A stretch of DNA of 64,000 nucleotides from Bdellovibrionota bacterium. GTDB taxonomy: Bacteria > Bdellovibrionota_C > UBA2361 > JAAYZI01. Of this stretch, positions 33,419 to 44,825 are shown piece after piece (within the stretch, counting starts at the first letter, position 1; every line of letters begins with the position of its first letter). The stretch covers positions 608,001 to 672,000 of the forward strand of contig JBMNIF010000002.1 in assembly GCA_050950765.1 (NCBI GenBank), written 5' to 3'. The position numbers were made by a program, and so were the translations under genes. The notes under the pieces were generated by a model, which had not been told where the DNA came from, did not search any database, and worked only from the letters and a program-made list of their open reading frames with translations.

Positions 33419-34189
33419 CTATTGAAAATCTCTCTTTGAGAAGAAGAGTGTTGATAAAATAAGTGCAGCACCACAATATCCTACACTATAAAGTATTCCG
33501 AAGAGTAGTAGGTCTGAATCATAAGCGAGGTTGTAAACAACCCTTTCTGAAACATCAAGGAGATTCAGATGTGGTAAGATCTCATAAACAATTTTAAGAG
33601 GGATATTTAGTAGAGTTTCTTCATAACCTTTTAAAAATTGTAAGAAATATTGAGACGATCTACCCGCTAAGAAAAATGCAAAGCTAAAAAAGCCACTTAA
33701 AAACGGCGTGATGACAATTGAAGAAAAGAAGATGGTGCAAGCGCAGACAATAATACTTTGTAAAAAAATAAAAAAAGCTGCATAAAAGAGCATCCAATCA
33801 AAGCTTCCTTCAAGGAAATAGCAGAATAGAAATAAAACTAAAGTTAAGAGCAGAATCAAAACAGAGACTGTTGTGCCTAGCCCTAAAAATTTTCCGCATA
33901 AAAAAGCTGCTCTACTTAACGGTTTTGAAAGGATATTGTGGATAGTTTTAAGGGATAACTCTTTTGCAAGTAAAAGAGAGCCTGCAATAACGGCATACAT
34001 AGCAGAGAAAAAAGAGATGGTGAAGAGTCCGAAATCTTTAACAACTTTTACTTTCTCTCCTATGGTTACACTCCCGAAAAGTGCAGAGGCTACAACTACA
34101 AAAAATGCAAAAAAAAGTGTGGAGTACAACACTTTACTCCGTACAGATTCTTTAAATGTAAGACAGGCAATGGCGATAATCTTTCTCAT
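33419..34189 (-). CDS. ABC-2 type permease (PilI-like)
   Basis: LTFKESVRSKVLY, TIHNILSKPLSR..FLCGKFLG and C-terminal FSKRDF; multiple TM segments. Confidence 0.85.
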   Translation of the reverse strand: MRKIIAIACLTFKESVRSKVLYSTLFFAFFVVVASALFGSVTIGEKVKVVKDFGLFTISFFSAMYAVIAGSLLLAKELSLKTIHNILSKPLSRAAFLCGKFLGLGTTVSVLILLLTLVLFLFCYFLEGSFDWMLFYAAFFIFLQSIIVCACTIFFSSIVITPFLSGFFSFAFFLAGRSSQYFLQFLKGYEETLLNIPLKIVYEILPHLNLLDVSERVVYNLAYDSDLLLFGILYSVGYCGAALILSTLFFSKRDFQ

Positions 34190-34192
34190 TTT

Positions 34193-35128
34193 TTATTCCT
34201 CTACCTCTTCCCTAACTAACTTTAAAAATAACTCTTGTAATCCACCATTTGTTATCTGATAGGATTCTATCCGCACCCCTAAAACTAAAGCTTGTGCTAA
34301 AGCACTTTTGGCGTTTTTTTCATCATCAAAGATTAGTGTTTGGAGATCTCCATGCACTTTAAGGGCAGGATGAAAAGTTTCTACAATCTTTGAGGTGTTA
34401 TCATCCGTAGCCACAGTTAGCTCAAATTTATTATCTAGAACCTGCCCTAATTCTTTAAGGCTATATGTGCCTTTTAGAGAGCCATCTTTTAAAATTGCGA
34501 CATCATCACACAGCTGCTCAACATCGTTTAAGATATGAGAAGAGATAAAAATTGTAGTGCCGTTAGCTTTTAAGTTTCGTAATAACTCTATAAAGTCATT
34601 ACGTCCAAGTGGGTCTAGCCCTGAAAACGGTTCGTCTAGAATGAGTAGGCGTGGCTTGTGCATAATAGCTTGTGCTAGCGCTATCCGTTGTAGCTGTCCT
34701 TTTGAAAGGTTTTTTAAGGGAGTTTTTTCAGATTTTGTAAAATTTACTGCGGATAATGCTTCTCGAATGGTAGATTTTACTTGAGAAGAGGTGATATCGC
34801 TTAAGATAGCGAGCGTTTCTAATAGTTCTTTAACAGTAAGATAATCATAAAAATAGGGGAGCTCCGCTAAGTATCCGACTGCTTTTCTACTCTCTTTTTT
34901 CTTTGTGTTAATACCGAAGATCTCGATCTCTCCTGTACTAGCTTTGATTAGATCTAAGATGCACTTAATCGTTGTAGTCTTTCCGGCTCCATTGTGTCCG
35001 ATAAATCCGAAAGCACAACCTTGCGGCACCTCTAATGTTAGATTAGAGAGCGCTGCACTTGCTTTATAGGTCCACGGATTTCTATAAAAATAGGTGAGGT
35101 TTTTAATATTGATAGCAGGGGTATCCAT
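34193..35128 (-). CDS. ABC transporter ATP-binding protein (PilH-like)
   Basis: GHNGAGKTT, LSKGQLQR, LILDEPFSGLDP and ISSH motifs. Confidence 0.92.
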   Translation of the reverse strand: MDTPAINIKNLTYFYRNPWTYKASAALSNLTLEVPQGCAFGFIGHNGAGKTTTIKCILDLIKASTGEIEIFGINTKKKESRKAVGYLAELPYFYDYLTVKELLETLAILSDITSSQVKSTIREALSAVNFTKSEKTPLKNLSKGQLQRIALAQAIMHKPRLLILDEPFSGLDPLGRNDFIELLRNLKANGTTIFISSHILNDVEQLCDDVAILKDGSLKGTYSLKELGQVLDNKFELTVATDDNTSKIVETFHPALKVHGDLQTLIFDDEKNAKSALAQALVLGVRIESYQITNGGLQELFLKLVREEVEE

Positions 35129-35130
35129 AC

Positions 35131-35799
35131 TTACTCCATTTTGATTTTTTTATAATGTTCCAGTAGTGCCGCTTTCTCTTGCGGATTTTTAGCTTGAGAT
35201 ATGGCGTGTTCTAAGAAACGTAACGCCTCGGAGCGATCTCCTACAAGCTCTTTTGCCGCTAGTTCTGACATAAAGTTCGGAGCATCTTTAAGCCTTGCAC
35301 CGTAGCGAAAATCGGCTGAAGCGAGTTCAGCATCTTTAAAAAAGAAAGAATGATAGATGCCACGCAGATAGTAATACCTCCACACTCGAGGGTTGTTGGC
35401 GATAGCTTTATTAAGGAGGTGCAAAGCTAGTCCAGGTTTCTCTGCTTCCCAAGCTAACATTAGAGCACAAAAATCGTAAGCATAAGTAGCATCTTCATTT
35501 AGATTAGTTACCAGATTGCACATCTGATTTAACCAAGTGTACTCCCTATCACTTTTAAAATGCTTTCCGAAATAATTAACTGTTTTAAACCAGATGATGT
35601 GAGAAAGTACCTTCTGATAACCAAAACTTAGAAGTTTTAAGGCTTTTCCGTTAGGAAGATATAACACCTCTTGAGTAGATATGATCTGTTTATTCCTTTC
35701 AGCGTTGGCGAGGAGAGATAATCTTTTCTCCGCACTTCCTGCAAGAGCTGTAAGTAAACAAAAGAGTATTAAGATGATAAAGGTGCGCATCCTTCGCAA
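35131..35799 (-). CDS. TPR-like accessory protein of the ABC module (PilG-like)
   Basis: Signal/TM segment, LLSFGY...IIWFKTVNYFG, TPR-like helices; co-oriented with the ABC genes. Confidence 0.6.
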   Translation of the reverse strand: MRRMRTFIILILFCLLTALAGSAEKRLSLLANAERNKQIISTQEVLYLPNGKALKLLSFGYQKVLSHIIWFKTVNYFGKHFKSDREYTWLNQMCNLVTNLNEDATYAYDFCALMLAWEAEKPGLALHLLNKAIANNPRVWRYYYLRGIYHSFFFKDAELASADFRYGARLKDAPNFMSELAAKELVGDRSEALRFLEHAISQAKNPQEKAALLEHYKKIKME

Positions 35800-35938
35800 T
35801 ATAAAGGAGTATTAAAGAAGCGACAAGCTCCTCTTTCTATAAGATAGTGTGCTTTTATAAACCCTTCCTGATAGAGAAACCTTTGCTGGCAATCTTTTGT
35901 TATAACTCCTTTCTGATTGATGAAGCGTTGCATGTTTT

Positions 35939-37744
35939 TTAATTACAGACCTTTCCTGATCTGGGAAGTTTTGCCAGTAAGTTTTCACTTTTATTTGCGA
36001 TACGCCGTGTTTTAGCAAGTGTACGTCGAGCAAAGGTTGTCTGCTTCGGAGCTTTCTTTATGATCCTATAACAACCATTGTTTATAGTATTAATCATCTT
36101 TCGTAAGATAGTACGGCTTTTTACAACGGCTTTCTTATGAGAAAGTTTGCGACATTGTGCTTTTCTCGGGCAGTTATAGACCTGCTCCGGAATTTCAGCA
36201 GTAGCACTTAAAAATGTTTGAAAATCATTAGAGAGATTAAAGTTTAATCTATCTAGATCTATTTTAAGACTTCTTAGTCTTCGTGAAGTGCTCGCTGAAA
36301 ATTTTTGAGCAAGGTTTTCTCCGATAAGATTAATTTGTGTACCGTACCTGATAAGTTGTTTGACATTTAGCTTTGTAGCAACACACCTCGAATAGCTGGG
36401 ATCCGCTTCTACAAGCACATCAATCTCTTGAAGAGGTGCTGTTGCTAAAGTTGAATATGTAGCAGGTGTAAACTTATAGCCGATACGCTCGAACGTTACG
36501 TTGCAGGTCGTTCCCATCTGAATATCGCTAAAGAGGAACTCTCCATTTTCATTGGTCGTGACTTTATGTGTGTCGTTTAATTTTACAACAATACCTGCTA
36601 CGCCAGAGTAGTTTACATCTCTAATATGCCCTAAAAGGGTAGTAGTTGTTATAGCAGGTGGAGCTGCGGTTGGTTGAGGTGGAGGAGTTGGAGTTGGTGT
36701 GGGATCAGGAGGAAAGGTAGCTCTAAGGGTATTCCATTGTAAAAGCCCAAGATGATGTTCTTTATAAGTAGCGTACATGGAATAGTCTATATCCATTTTG
36801 AGTCTATATGTACCTTCTGGTCTTTTTTGTGAGACGCCCCAGCTGTTTAAGATCTCCCAGTAGTGCTTACTTGGATCGCTATCCAAGTCGTTATATCCAA
36901 CAACTAAAACGGCGTGTCCTCCCCCTTCTGAAGAGTTCCAAGCGTATCCGTTGTAGGGGGTCATATCAAAAAGGGTATCTAATGGAGCAGTGACCCAGAA
37001 GTCAAAAAATTCATTCCAGAAGGTGCTATTTTGAAGGTAAAATCCGAGCAGTACGGAGCGACCTGCATTAAGCTCTGCTTTAATATTTGAAATGGCTAAT
37101 TCTTTCGAGATATTTAATGTCTCTATGGAGGATGTGCTTAAAGAATCAATCTGAACATATGGAGTTTCTGTAATATCAGATGCAGCTCTAGCAGAACACA
37201 ATCCATAAAGAGTGGGGCAAGCAACACCGCCAAGTTGATCAACGTAATCAGCACCGTTGTTACTCCACGGAATCGCAATTGAGCCTGAGGTGTTATTAAA
37301 TCTAATATAGTCATCAAACGAAGCACCTTGGCAGGCAAAAAAACCACTTCTTCCGCCATCGTTATAATTTGAATTAACATATTGTATGGATAACTGATTA
37401 TCTATTCCGTAACGTTTTTTATGAGCTATCTCTAAGGCTCCTGTAACTGCCCAAACCCAACAATTGCCGCAATCGGCTTGATTTCTTTTTTCACCGAGAT
37501 AGGGCATATCCCCTAAAAGGGAGATAGAGGCAGGTGGTAAGATATTATTTTCTGATAGGGAAAAAGATCTTAAAAATCTACTCTGTTTTTTCTGCATCTG
37601 CAGCAACTCTTCACCCGTTAGATGTATGATAGGGTGGTGATTACTTTGAGAGATCGCCTCTCCCGTCCATAACAATATGACGGAAAAAAGTGCTGCTATT
37701 AAAGGAAAAAAGTGTCTTATTTTTATGTGTTTGAATATCTCCAT
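35939..37744 (-). CDS. Secreted C1 (papain-like) cysteine peptidase with P/T linker and basic C-terminal domain
   Basis: NQADCGNCW, GGHAVLVVGY and WEILNSWG catalytic motifs; PDPTPTPTPPPQPT linker; start uncertain (37744 or 37783). Confidence 0.88.
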   Translation of the reverse strand: MEIFKHIKIRHFFPLIAALFSVILLWTGEAISQSNHHPIIHLTGEELLQMQKKQSRFLRSFSLSENNILPPASISLLGDMPYLGEKRNQADCGNCWVWAVTGALEIAHKKRYGIDNQLSIQYVNSNYNDGGRSGFFACQGASFDDYIRFNNTSGSIAIPWSNNGADYVDQLGGVACPTLYGLCSARAASDITETPYVQIDSLSTSSIETLNISKELAISNIKAELNAGRSVLLGFYLQNSTFWNEFFDFWVTAPLDTLFDMTPYNGYAWNSSEGGGHAVLVVGYNDLDSDPSKHYWEILNSWGVSQKRPEGTYRLKMDIDYSMYATYKEHHLGLLQWNTLRATFPPDPTPTPTPPPQPTAAPPAITTTTLLGHIRDVNYSGVAGIVVKLNDTHKVTTNENGEFLFSDIQMGTTCNVTFERIGYKFTPATYSTLATAPLQEIDVLVEADPSYSRCVATKLNVKQLIRYGTQINLIGENLAQKFSASTSRRLRSLKIDLDRLNFNLSNDFQTFLSATAEIPEQVYNCPRKAQCRKLSHKKAVVKSRTILRKMINTINNGCYRIIKKAPKQTTFARRTLAKTRRIANKSENLLAKLPRSGKVCN

Positions 37745-38145
37745 GCCGCTTATAATCGACCTTTTAAGTATCTTACTTAACACTCTTCGGCAATATTTTT
37801 TATTAGCCTTTAATTTTTTTAGGAATATTTTTAGGGATCTATCTCCTCAAGTAAGAGCTTTTCTTAATTTAAAATAAGTAACGTCATCTTTTAGAATGAC
37901 TTTATTTAAAAGTAAACCTCCCTCCTTAGAATACCTTACAAAAAGGGAGGGGTAAAAAGTTTATTTTTTTGAAGTTTTTAGAACTTTTTCCGTTAAATCA
38001 CTATACTAGAGAGGTCTCATCACGTGAGGCTTGTTCCGATTAGAAGTTCTTTCGTTAAAACTTATCGCTATGCTAGAGAGGAAAAAAAATTTTTGCTATC
38101 AATCTAAGATCTATTTCTAATAAAGCACCTATTTATTTATAACAC

Positions 38146-40023
38146 CTACTTTTCTAAAGTGTTTGTATTATACCGTTTAAGGTGTATAGCAAGTATTGAA
38201 ACCGCTCCTGTTGTCATGCCAGGAATTCTTAAAGCGTGTCCGAGTGAACGTGGACGAACTTTTTTTAGCTTTTCAATAAATTCGCACCGTAAACCGTTAA
38301 CCGTTTCATAAGGGAAATCTTCTGGAATTAGTGCATCTTCAGAACGGCGTAATTGTAAGATATCTTCCTCCTGTCTTTTTAAATACCCTTCAAACTTAAA
38401 CTCCGTTTCCAGTCTAAAGATAGTATTTTTGTCTAATTGAATCATCTCTTCTTTAGGGAGAAGATCTATTAGATCTGTAAGTTTCAGTTCCGGTCTTTTT
38501 ACAAGCTCTGCTACGGAAAGAGTTTCCTTTAAAGGTGCACTTTGTAACTGTTTTAGCATCAAGTCTGTTGTAGGTGTTGCTTTAATTTTAGTGGTTCTAA
38601 AAAAATCACGTCCTGCTGTGTATTCTTCGGATAATTTTTCAAAAACCTCTCTCTGATCATCTTTTAAAAGTCCATAATGGATACCTTTCGGGCATAGCCT
38701 AGCAATGGTGTTGTCTTCCCTTAAAAGAAGTCGATATTCGGCACGCGAGGTGAACATACGATAAGGTTCATCAACACCTTTTAGTGTTAAGTCATCTATC
38801 ATCACACCGAGATAAGCTTCCGAGCGGTCGATAATTAACGGTTCTTTTTTTAATATAGCTAGCGCTGCATTTGCTCCAGCGTATAGCCCCTGTGCAGCAG
38901 CTTCTTCATAGCCTGAAGTGCCGTTGACCTGCCCTGCTAGAAAGAAACGCTCCAAATACTTTGATTCTAAAGTTGCTTTTAAGTGAGTCGGATCTAAGTA
39001 ATCGTATTCAACGGCATAGCCGTAACGGAGAATTTCAGCGTGCTCCAGCCCCTTAATCTCATGGATAAAGGCATCCTGCACATCAGCAGGTAAGCTGGTT
39101 GATATCCCGTTCGGATATATAACATCAGAATCGTAACCTTCAGGCTCAAGAAAGATGTGATGTTCCGTGCGATCTGCAAAACGATAAACTTTATCTTCAA
39201 TAGATGGACAATAGCGGGGACCGCCGGAGAGGATCTGACCGTTAAAAAGGGGGCTGCGTAGGCGATTGTTTCTAATTATCTCGTGAACTTTTTCATTTGT
39301 AGCGGAGATCCAGCACGAAACTTGTGGTCGAGAGATCTGATCTGTCATCATTGAAAAAAATGGTGCAGGGGTTTCGCCTTGTTGCTCTTTAAGAAGAGTG
39401 TAGTCGATAGAGCTTTTACGTAAACGTGCCGGAGTGCCTGTCTTTAACCTTCCAAGTGGCAGCCCAAGATTATGTAAGTATGCACTTAATTTTTCGGCGG
39501 AAGTGTCTCCAAAACGTCCCCCGCTAGTCTGTTTCTCTCCTGTGTGCATTAGTCCTGCTAAAAAGGTTCCGGCTGTAAGCACGACACCTTTGGCATGAAT
39601 CGTTGTGCCATCAGCTAAGACAACACCACAAACACGATTACCTTCTATTAGTAATTGAATAACTTCAGATTCGATAATGCTTAGATTGTGTTCTTGTTGT
39701 AGAAGATCAAGTAGTGCTGTCTTGTAAAGATCTCTATCTGCTTGAGCGCGCGAAGCTCTAACAGCAGGACCTTTACTGGCGTTTAAAGTTCTAAATTGAA
39801 TTCCGCCCCTATCGATAGCACGTCCCATCAAGCCACCGAGTGCATCGATCTCTTTTACAAGGTGCCCCTTACCAAGCCCTCCGATAGAGGGGTTGCATGA
39901 TAGTTCTCCGATATCTGAAAGGCGCATTGTAACCAAAACAGTTTCCACGTTAAGACGTGCGGCGGCAGCAGCAGCTTCAACTCCGGCGTGCCCTCCTCCT
40001 ATCACCAATACTCCCGTATTCAT
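38146..40023 (-). CDS. mnmG: tRNA uridine-5-carboxymethylaminomethyl synthesis enzyme MnmG (GidA)
   Basis: [46 protein letters not shown] and [14 protein letters not shown] motifs. Confidence 0.98.
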   Translation of the reverse strand: MNTGVLVIGGGHAGVEAAAAAARLNVETVLVTMRLSDIGELSCNPSIGGLGKGHLVKEIDALGGLMGRAIDRGGIQFRTLNASKGPAVRASRAQADRDLYKTALLDLLQQEHNLSIIESEVIQLLIEGNRVCGVVLADGTTIHAKGVVLTAGTFLAGLMHTGEKQTSGGRFGDTSAEKLSAYLHNLGLPLGRLKTGTPARLRKSSIDYTLLKEQQGETPAPFFSMMTDQISRPQVSCWISATNEKVHEIIRNNRLRSPLFNGQILSGGPRYCPSIEDKVYRFADRTEHHIFLEPEGYDSDVIYPNGISTSLPADVQDAFIHEIKGLEHAEILRYGYAVEYDYLDPTHLKATLESKYLERFFLAGQVNGTSGYEEAAAQGLYAGANAALAILKKEPLIIDRSEAYLGVMIDDLTLKGVDEPYRMFTSRAEYRLLLREDNTIARLCPKGIHYGLLKDDQREVFEKLSEEYTAGRDFFRTTKIKATPTTDLMLKQLQSAPLKETLSVAELVKRPELKLTDLIDLLPKEEMIQLDKNTIFRLETEFKFEGYLKRQEEDILQLRRSEDALIPEDFPYETVNGLRCEFIEKLKKVRPRSLGHALRIPGMTTGAVSILAIHLKRYNTNTLEK

Positions 40024-40208
40024 AATTTTATCCTAATAAAACAGCTAGATAGGGTAGCAATATGCTTAAAAAATATCCACTCGCTGCGGCGCACCGTTTC
40101 TATTCTATAAAACATCTAAAAATCACGGAGCGTTATCTCTATTCTTCTGATGAATGCTAACCGTTTATGCCCCTAATATATTAATAGTGAAGGGATAACT
40201 GTTTTAAG

Positions 40209-41882
40209 ATGACTGCTAAAAAAGACATATCTATTGAATCAACTTTGCCTAGACTATCGGTCGATCACCTCTGGGAGGAAGCGCAAAAACTGATCAAGAT
40301 CGGTTGTCTAAAAGAGACACAAAGCCTTTTAGAGAAAGTCATCTCTTTTTCGCACTATTCTCACCAAGAAGCGTTACGTACCATCGCCAATATCTACAAT
40401 TCTAAAGAAGATTCGGTTGAAAGATTAACTGCTCTGTGGAGGTCTGCCACCCTCTTTGCTATGGCTGATGATAGGGAAGAGGATCTCTTTAAACATCTTT
40501 TGAAAGCTCTGAAATATTCGACATCTTCGCAAGATGAACTTTTTATCGCTATTTCTTTATACGCTAAGAGTAAAGGTTTAAATGCTCTTGAAAAAGAGGA
40601 GGTTGCAGAAGATGCAGCAGAGCCAAAGATTCTCGTTGTCGCAACTCAGAAACAGAGTCCTAAGCGGTGTGCTTTACTGAAGTCAATGGCGCGAGATCAC
40701 GGACAAAAAGAGGGAGCGCTTTCTTTCTCTTTTTTAAAAGATGCTTTTAGTGACGAAGAACAAGAAATTCCACAAACAGTTTATGATTATCTGAAAGGTT
40801 TTAAATGTCTTGTTACACGTCAACCTCGTGGACTCTCTCTCTGTGAAAACGTGGCATATTTTAAAGGTGAACTTTTAAAATATGCTCCAAAGATAGTTAT
40901 TTTTATAGATCCTTTTGAAAGCGGATTGCTTACACTCCTCTCTGTATTGCAACACACCTATTTTCAAGTCGCCGTATCAAAAACGTTTTATTCATATCCG
41001 TTAAGCCTTGATCTGGTGTTTGCGCCTGAAAACATCAATCCGATCAATAGAACTCCTCTCGTTAGTTTTTCAACGGAAGAGATCGATCAGACCTTTTTTA
41101 CTACCGTCTTGGAGAGGTTCTCTCACTTTAAAGAAGGGTCTTCTACTAAGATAGAGAAGGGTGCTGAAGAAAAAGAGGATAAAGAAACAGACGTTATTTC
41201 TGAGGAGAAAGAAGCTCTCACCTCTGAACCTTCAGAACAAGGTAATAAAAAAGCAGAGTCGATCTTGAGTGTAGCAGAGCGCTTATATCAAGATAAAAAT
41301 AAGAAAGACAATCCGAAGAAACCGAAAGATTTCTTAGCTACTCAAGTTATGCAGCAGACGAGTGCGCATATTTTACACCGTCCTGATCATCCGTTATTTG
41401 TCTTAAAAAAAGAGAGAGCACTAAAAAAAGCTTCAAGAGGTGCGGAAAAAAATAGAGAAGAGGCCTCTTCTGAACTCCCCACGCCTGCTTTTGTTCCGAG
41501 CATGACGAAGGAGGAGAACGCTAACTTCTGGGCAAAATATATTACTACTGGAGATAGTGTGCCTAAGAGCGATCAAGGTTCTTACGATCTTGAAGATTCA
41601 AAGATTTCTTTTGATCCCTCCTCTGCCAATGAGGTGATTGATGCCGCTATTCATATTTTGCAACAAGGCGATGCCGAGCGCGCTTTAAAGTTAATCTCTT
41701 CCATCCAGCCAACACTTGGTGCCATAAAAGATCTCTCTTACGTAAAAGCGCTTTGTTATGTAGCACTTAATAAGTTGCTAAAAGCTTTAAATTCCGTACA
41801 GATGGAGCTTTCCCACTTTCCCGATAATGAACAAGCCAAGACCTTGTTGACAGATATTGAACAGGTGTTAAAGAATAGATAG
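40209..41882 (+). CDS. Hypothetical protein with C-terminal TPR-like repeats
   Basis: 557-aa ORF with a charged linker and TPR-like helices ending in ELSHFPDNEQAKTLL. Confidence 0.7.
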   Translation: MTAKKDISIESTLPRLSVDHLWEEAQKLIKIGCLKETQSLLEKVISFSHYSHQEALRTIANIYNSKEDSVERLTALWRSATLFAMADDREEDLFKHLLKALKYSTSSQDELFIAISLYAKSKGLNALEKEEVAEDAAEPKILVVATQKQSPKRCALLKSMARDHGQKEGALSFSFLKDAFSDEEQEIPQTVYDYLKGFKCLVTRQPRGLSLCENVAYFKGELLKYAPKIVIFIDPFESGLLTLLSVLQHTYFQVAVSKTFYSYPLSLDLVFAPENINPINRTPLVSFSTEEIDQTFFTTVLERFSHFKEGSSTKIEKGAEEKEDKETDVISEEKEALTSEPSEQGNKKAESILSVAERLYQDKNKKDNPKKPKDFLATQVMQQTSAHILHRPDHPLFVLKKERALKKASRGAEKNREEASSELPTPAFVPSMTKEENANFWAKYITTGDSVPKSDQGSYDLEDSKISFDPSSANEVIDAAIHILQQGDAERALKLISSIQPTLGAIKDLSYVKALCYVALNKLLKALNSVQMELSHFPDNEQAKTLLTDIEQVLKNR

Positions 41883-41951
41883 CCTTTTTAATTGTCTAAT
41901 CTCTTCGTTACTGATTTTAAATCTTTTAGGTAAAATTTCTTTGTGGTCGCT

Positions 41952-42125
41952 ATGAGTATTATTGAATCAACTATTGCGTTTTTGTGCGGGGTCTTGGGGC
42001 TTGCTCTTATTATATTTATTGTGAAGATCTTGTTTAATGCACTTCCGTTAAAAAGAACAAAAGGAGGGAGCCCTTATTTTCGCAAAGAGAAGAAAGAGAG
42101 TATTAAGATCACAGTTATTCATTAA
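41952..42125 (+). CDS. Small single-TM hypothetical protein
   Basis: ATG, one hydrophobic helix and a basic tail; co-oriented between its neighbours. Confidence 0.5.
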   Translation: MSIIESTIAFLCGVLGLALIIFIVKILFNALPLKRTKGGSPYFRKEKKESIKITVIH

Positions 42126-42162
42126 GCATAACGGTGCGCCTCCATTTTTAATAATAGATCTG

Positions 42163-42867
42163 ATGAATTCTTTTAGTGGTAAGATTAAATTTGAAGTGCT
42201 TTTTGAAGATGATGATCTCTTTGTGCTTAATAAACAGGCGGCGATCCATTCCGTTATGTTAACTGACTCTGATCTTGATGATTCCGTTGCAAAATATCTA
42301 AACGATACCTTTCCATTTTTACGAGAAGTTTCAGATAAGGTTGAAGATGGTGCTCTGGTGCACCGTCTTGATTTTGATACCTCCGGCTGTCTTTTAGGTG
42401 CAAAGAAGAGGAGCGTTTGGCTATCTCTTTTTGAAGCGTTAAAAAATGGTGAAATCCATAAAACCTATTTAGCTTTAGTGGAGGGAAGGCTAATCACCCC
42501 GAGACACCTTGAAACCTTTATCGGTGCTAAGGGTAGACACTCTAAAAAGGTGCAAGTTGTGCGCGATAAGAGGTTTGATAGAACCCTTCCAGCGGTTTCA
42601 GATTTTTTCCCTCTTAAATTTTATAAAGAGAGTGATACCTCTCTAGTGCTGGCTAAAGCACCTACGGCGAGGCGGCATCAGATTCGGGCGCATCTGTCAT
42701 ACATTGGCTTTCCCCTTATAGGGGATATTCTGTATGGATCAAAAAGGAAGTTTGAGTTTTCTGATAAGAGAAGCTTTTTCCTGCACGCTAAGAGTTTAAA
42801 ATTTAAACATCCTGTAACAGGGGAAGGGGTTATAGTTGAAGCACCTCATAAAGAGTTTGAAGTGTAA
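42163..42867 (+). CDS. RluA family pseudouridine synthase
   Basis: VHRLDFDTSG, HQIRAHL and PLIGDILYG motifs. Confidence 0.93.
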   Translation: MNSFSGKIKFEVLFEDDDLFVLNKQAAIHSVMLTDSDLDDSVAKYLNDTFPFLREVSDKVEDGALVHRLDFDTSGCLLGAKKRSVWLSLFEALKNGEIHKTYLALVEGRLITPRHLETFIGAKGRHSKKVQVVRDKRFDRTLPAVSDFFPLKFYKESDTSLVLAKAPTARRHQIRAHLSYIGFPLIGDILYGSKRKFEFSDKRSFFLHAKSLKFKHPVTGEGVIVEAPHKEFEV

Positions 42868-42914
42868 AAAGTGGAGATGTTTTTTTGTTGGTTATGAGTT
42901 ATGTTTAGCGCCCT

Positions 42915-43052
42915 AAAAACCTCTAATACCTACTGAGGCTATACTTAACGCATGAAAAAAACCTCTGCTACCCATTAGAGTTATACCTAGCACATGAAAA
43001 AACCTCTACTACCTACTGAGGCTATACTTAGTGCATGAAAAAAACCCTCTGC
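42915..43052. repeat. Tandem repeat, 41-43 bp, ~3.3 copies
   Basis: CCTCT anchors at 42920, 42962, 43003 and 43046. Confidence 0.85.
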
Positions 43053-43079
43053 CACAATATTGTTGAGTGTGGCAGAGGG
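43045..43079 (-). terminator. Terminator-like hairpin
   Basis: CCCTCTGCCACA ... TGTGGCAGAGGG; the adjacent A-tract gives a U-tract on the - strand. Confidence 0.7.
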
Positions 43080-43132
43080 AAAAAGGAATAAAAATAAAAA
43101 TGAAAGATTAAACGGTAATTTAATAAAATAAA

Positions 43133-44455
43133 TTACAAAAGAAAACTATCGTCGTCATCATCGTTATTTGAAATTGTAGGAGGATGTTTTTCAAAATACG
43201 TTGCAGCGAAGATAACGAGCACTCCGGTAGTGCCGAGGATAATCCACGGGAAGATAGAGCTTTCAGTGATTGCAAATTTCAGCTGGGAGAGAATGCCGAT
43301 AATGAAGAAGATAAGGCTGATAACCTCTAAAAACTTATCTTTTATAATATAGCCGTAACAAAATGTTGATAAAGCTATAACCATTAAAAGAGCTGCATGG
43401 TAGCTATCTACATATATCTGTATAGCTGATATTAGAAGTGCAAAGCAGGCGGCAGCTAAATAATACCCTTTTTTATTATGGAAAGAGAGTTTTCCAGCGA
43501 TGATTAATATTACAGAGACTGGCAGGAAGGTTATATCAGGTCTATACGCTTCTTCGATATTAAATGAATCTACCATATCTTTTCCGATAAGAAGCCACCC
43601 TGCGATGGCGCTACACGTTGCAAAAAATTGTAAGACGTTCGCACTGTGTGAATTGTTTTCTTTCTCTGAATAGGATGCTGCAAATAAGGCTAAAGCTAGT
43701 AATATAAAGGTTATTCCGATAACGATAGTCGATCTGTCATAAATGCAATATGTTCTAGCGATTAACAAAACAGCGGGAATGTAGAGCATAAGTCTAACAA
43801 GTCTACCTTCGAGAGACTTTACTTCTGACAAGATAGAGATCCGCTTAAAATCAAAAAATAAGACAGTGCAGAATAAAATAAAAGCTAAAGGTATTATAAC
43901 AGCGGCGCTCCGAAACGGAATTAAGAGAGTGCAGTTTGCAATAAAATATACCTTAGTTAAAAACAGAGCCTTTGAAGAGAAAAGTTTAGAAAGTGATATG
44001 TGGGCGAGGGGTGTTAAAACAAGAAGTCCCACAAGGGTTATTAAAATAGCTGATATGGCTGAATGTGCTTGCCACGTGAAAGCATTGATATATTTATCTG
44101 CTTGTAGGTGACCGAACTGTGAAAAAAGGAAACCTCCTAGTTGTGCAAAATGTACAGGAGCAAGGGCTGCTACAAGGAGATAAAGTGTTTTAGCGCCTTT
44201 CAGATCGTGTTTGCCGCAGATGTACCCGCAAAAAGTTAGGATGGCAGTGAAGCCGAGAAAAGAAAGGTACATCTGAATGTGAGAGTAGTTAGACCAGTCT
44301 TTTACCATAAAAATTATGGTAGAGATGATTATGATACAAGAACCGACCAGACGTAATATTCTAGGCAAGGTGTTTCGAGATGGGGTTTGTTCCGTATTAG
44401 GGGTTGAAGTACCTTCTGAATTATCATCTATTTTATGAAACGTTTTATAGTCCAT
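43133..44455 (-). CDS. Polytopic membrane protein, unknown function
   Basis: Many TM helices; ATG at 44455 with a GAAGGAG RBS. Confidence 0.8.
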   Translation of the reverse strand: MDYKTFHKIDDNSEGTSTPNTEQTPSRNTLPRILRLVGSCIIIISTIIFMVKDWSNYSHIQMYLSFLGFTAILTFCGYICGKHDLKGAKTLYLLVAALAPVHFAQLGGFLFSQFGHLQADKYINAFTWQAHSAISAILITLVGLLVLTPLAHISLSKLFSSKALFLTKVYFIANCTLLIPFRSAAVIIPLAFILFCTVLFFDFKRISILSEVKSLEGRLVRLMLYIPAVLLIARTYCIYDRSTIVIGITFILLALALFAASYSEKENNSHSANVLQFFATCSAIAGWLLIGKDMVDSFNIEEAYRPDITFLPVSVILIIAGKLSFHNKKGYYLAAACFALLISAIQIYVDSYHAALLMVIALSTFCYGYIIKDKFLEVISLIFFIIGILSQLKFAITESSIFPWIILGTTGVLVIFAATYFEKHPPTISNNDDDDDSFLL

Positions 44456-44825
44456 AATCTCTCCTTCACAATACATGTTACATTATCTCCGATGTCCTTA
44501 TCATATAAACCTTCAGATACGTATAGCTAAAAACATCTTAGGGGTGTTTTTTTTTGTATCTGCCTTTAAAAAATCCTTTTTTTACCTCCCTTAAATTCTG
44601 TAAATTATGGTTACGAGAGCGTCCCCTTTATATCCACAGAATTAAGCTCTATCTTCTTTTATAATAATGTAGGGGCTACGGGCTTTTCCACTTTATAAAC
44701 AGTACGTTGTATTTTTTACTCGTATATTTGGCACCTCTTTTTATAAAATAACTATAAATATAGGGGGGATATCTTATAAAAATTAGGCTTTGCGTTTTAC
44801 TTAAATATTTAGTACATTGTACGGT

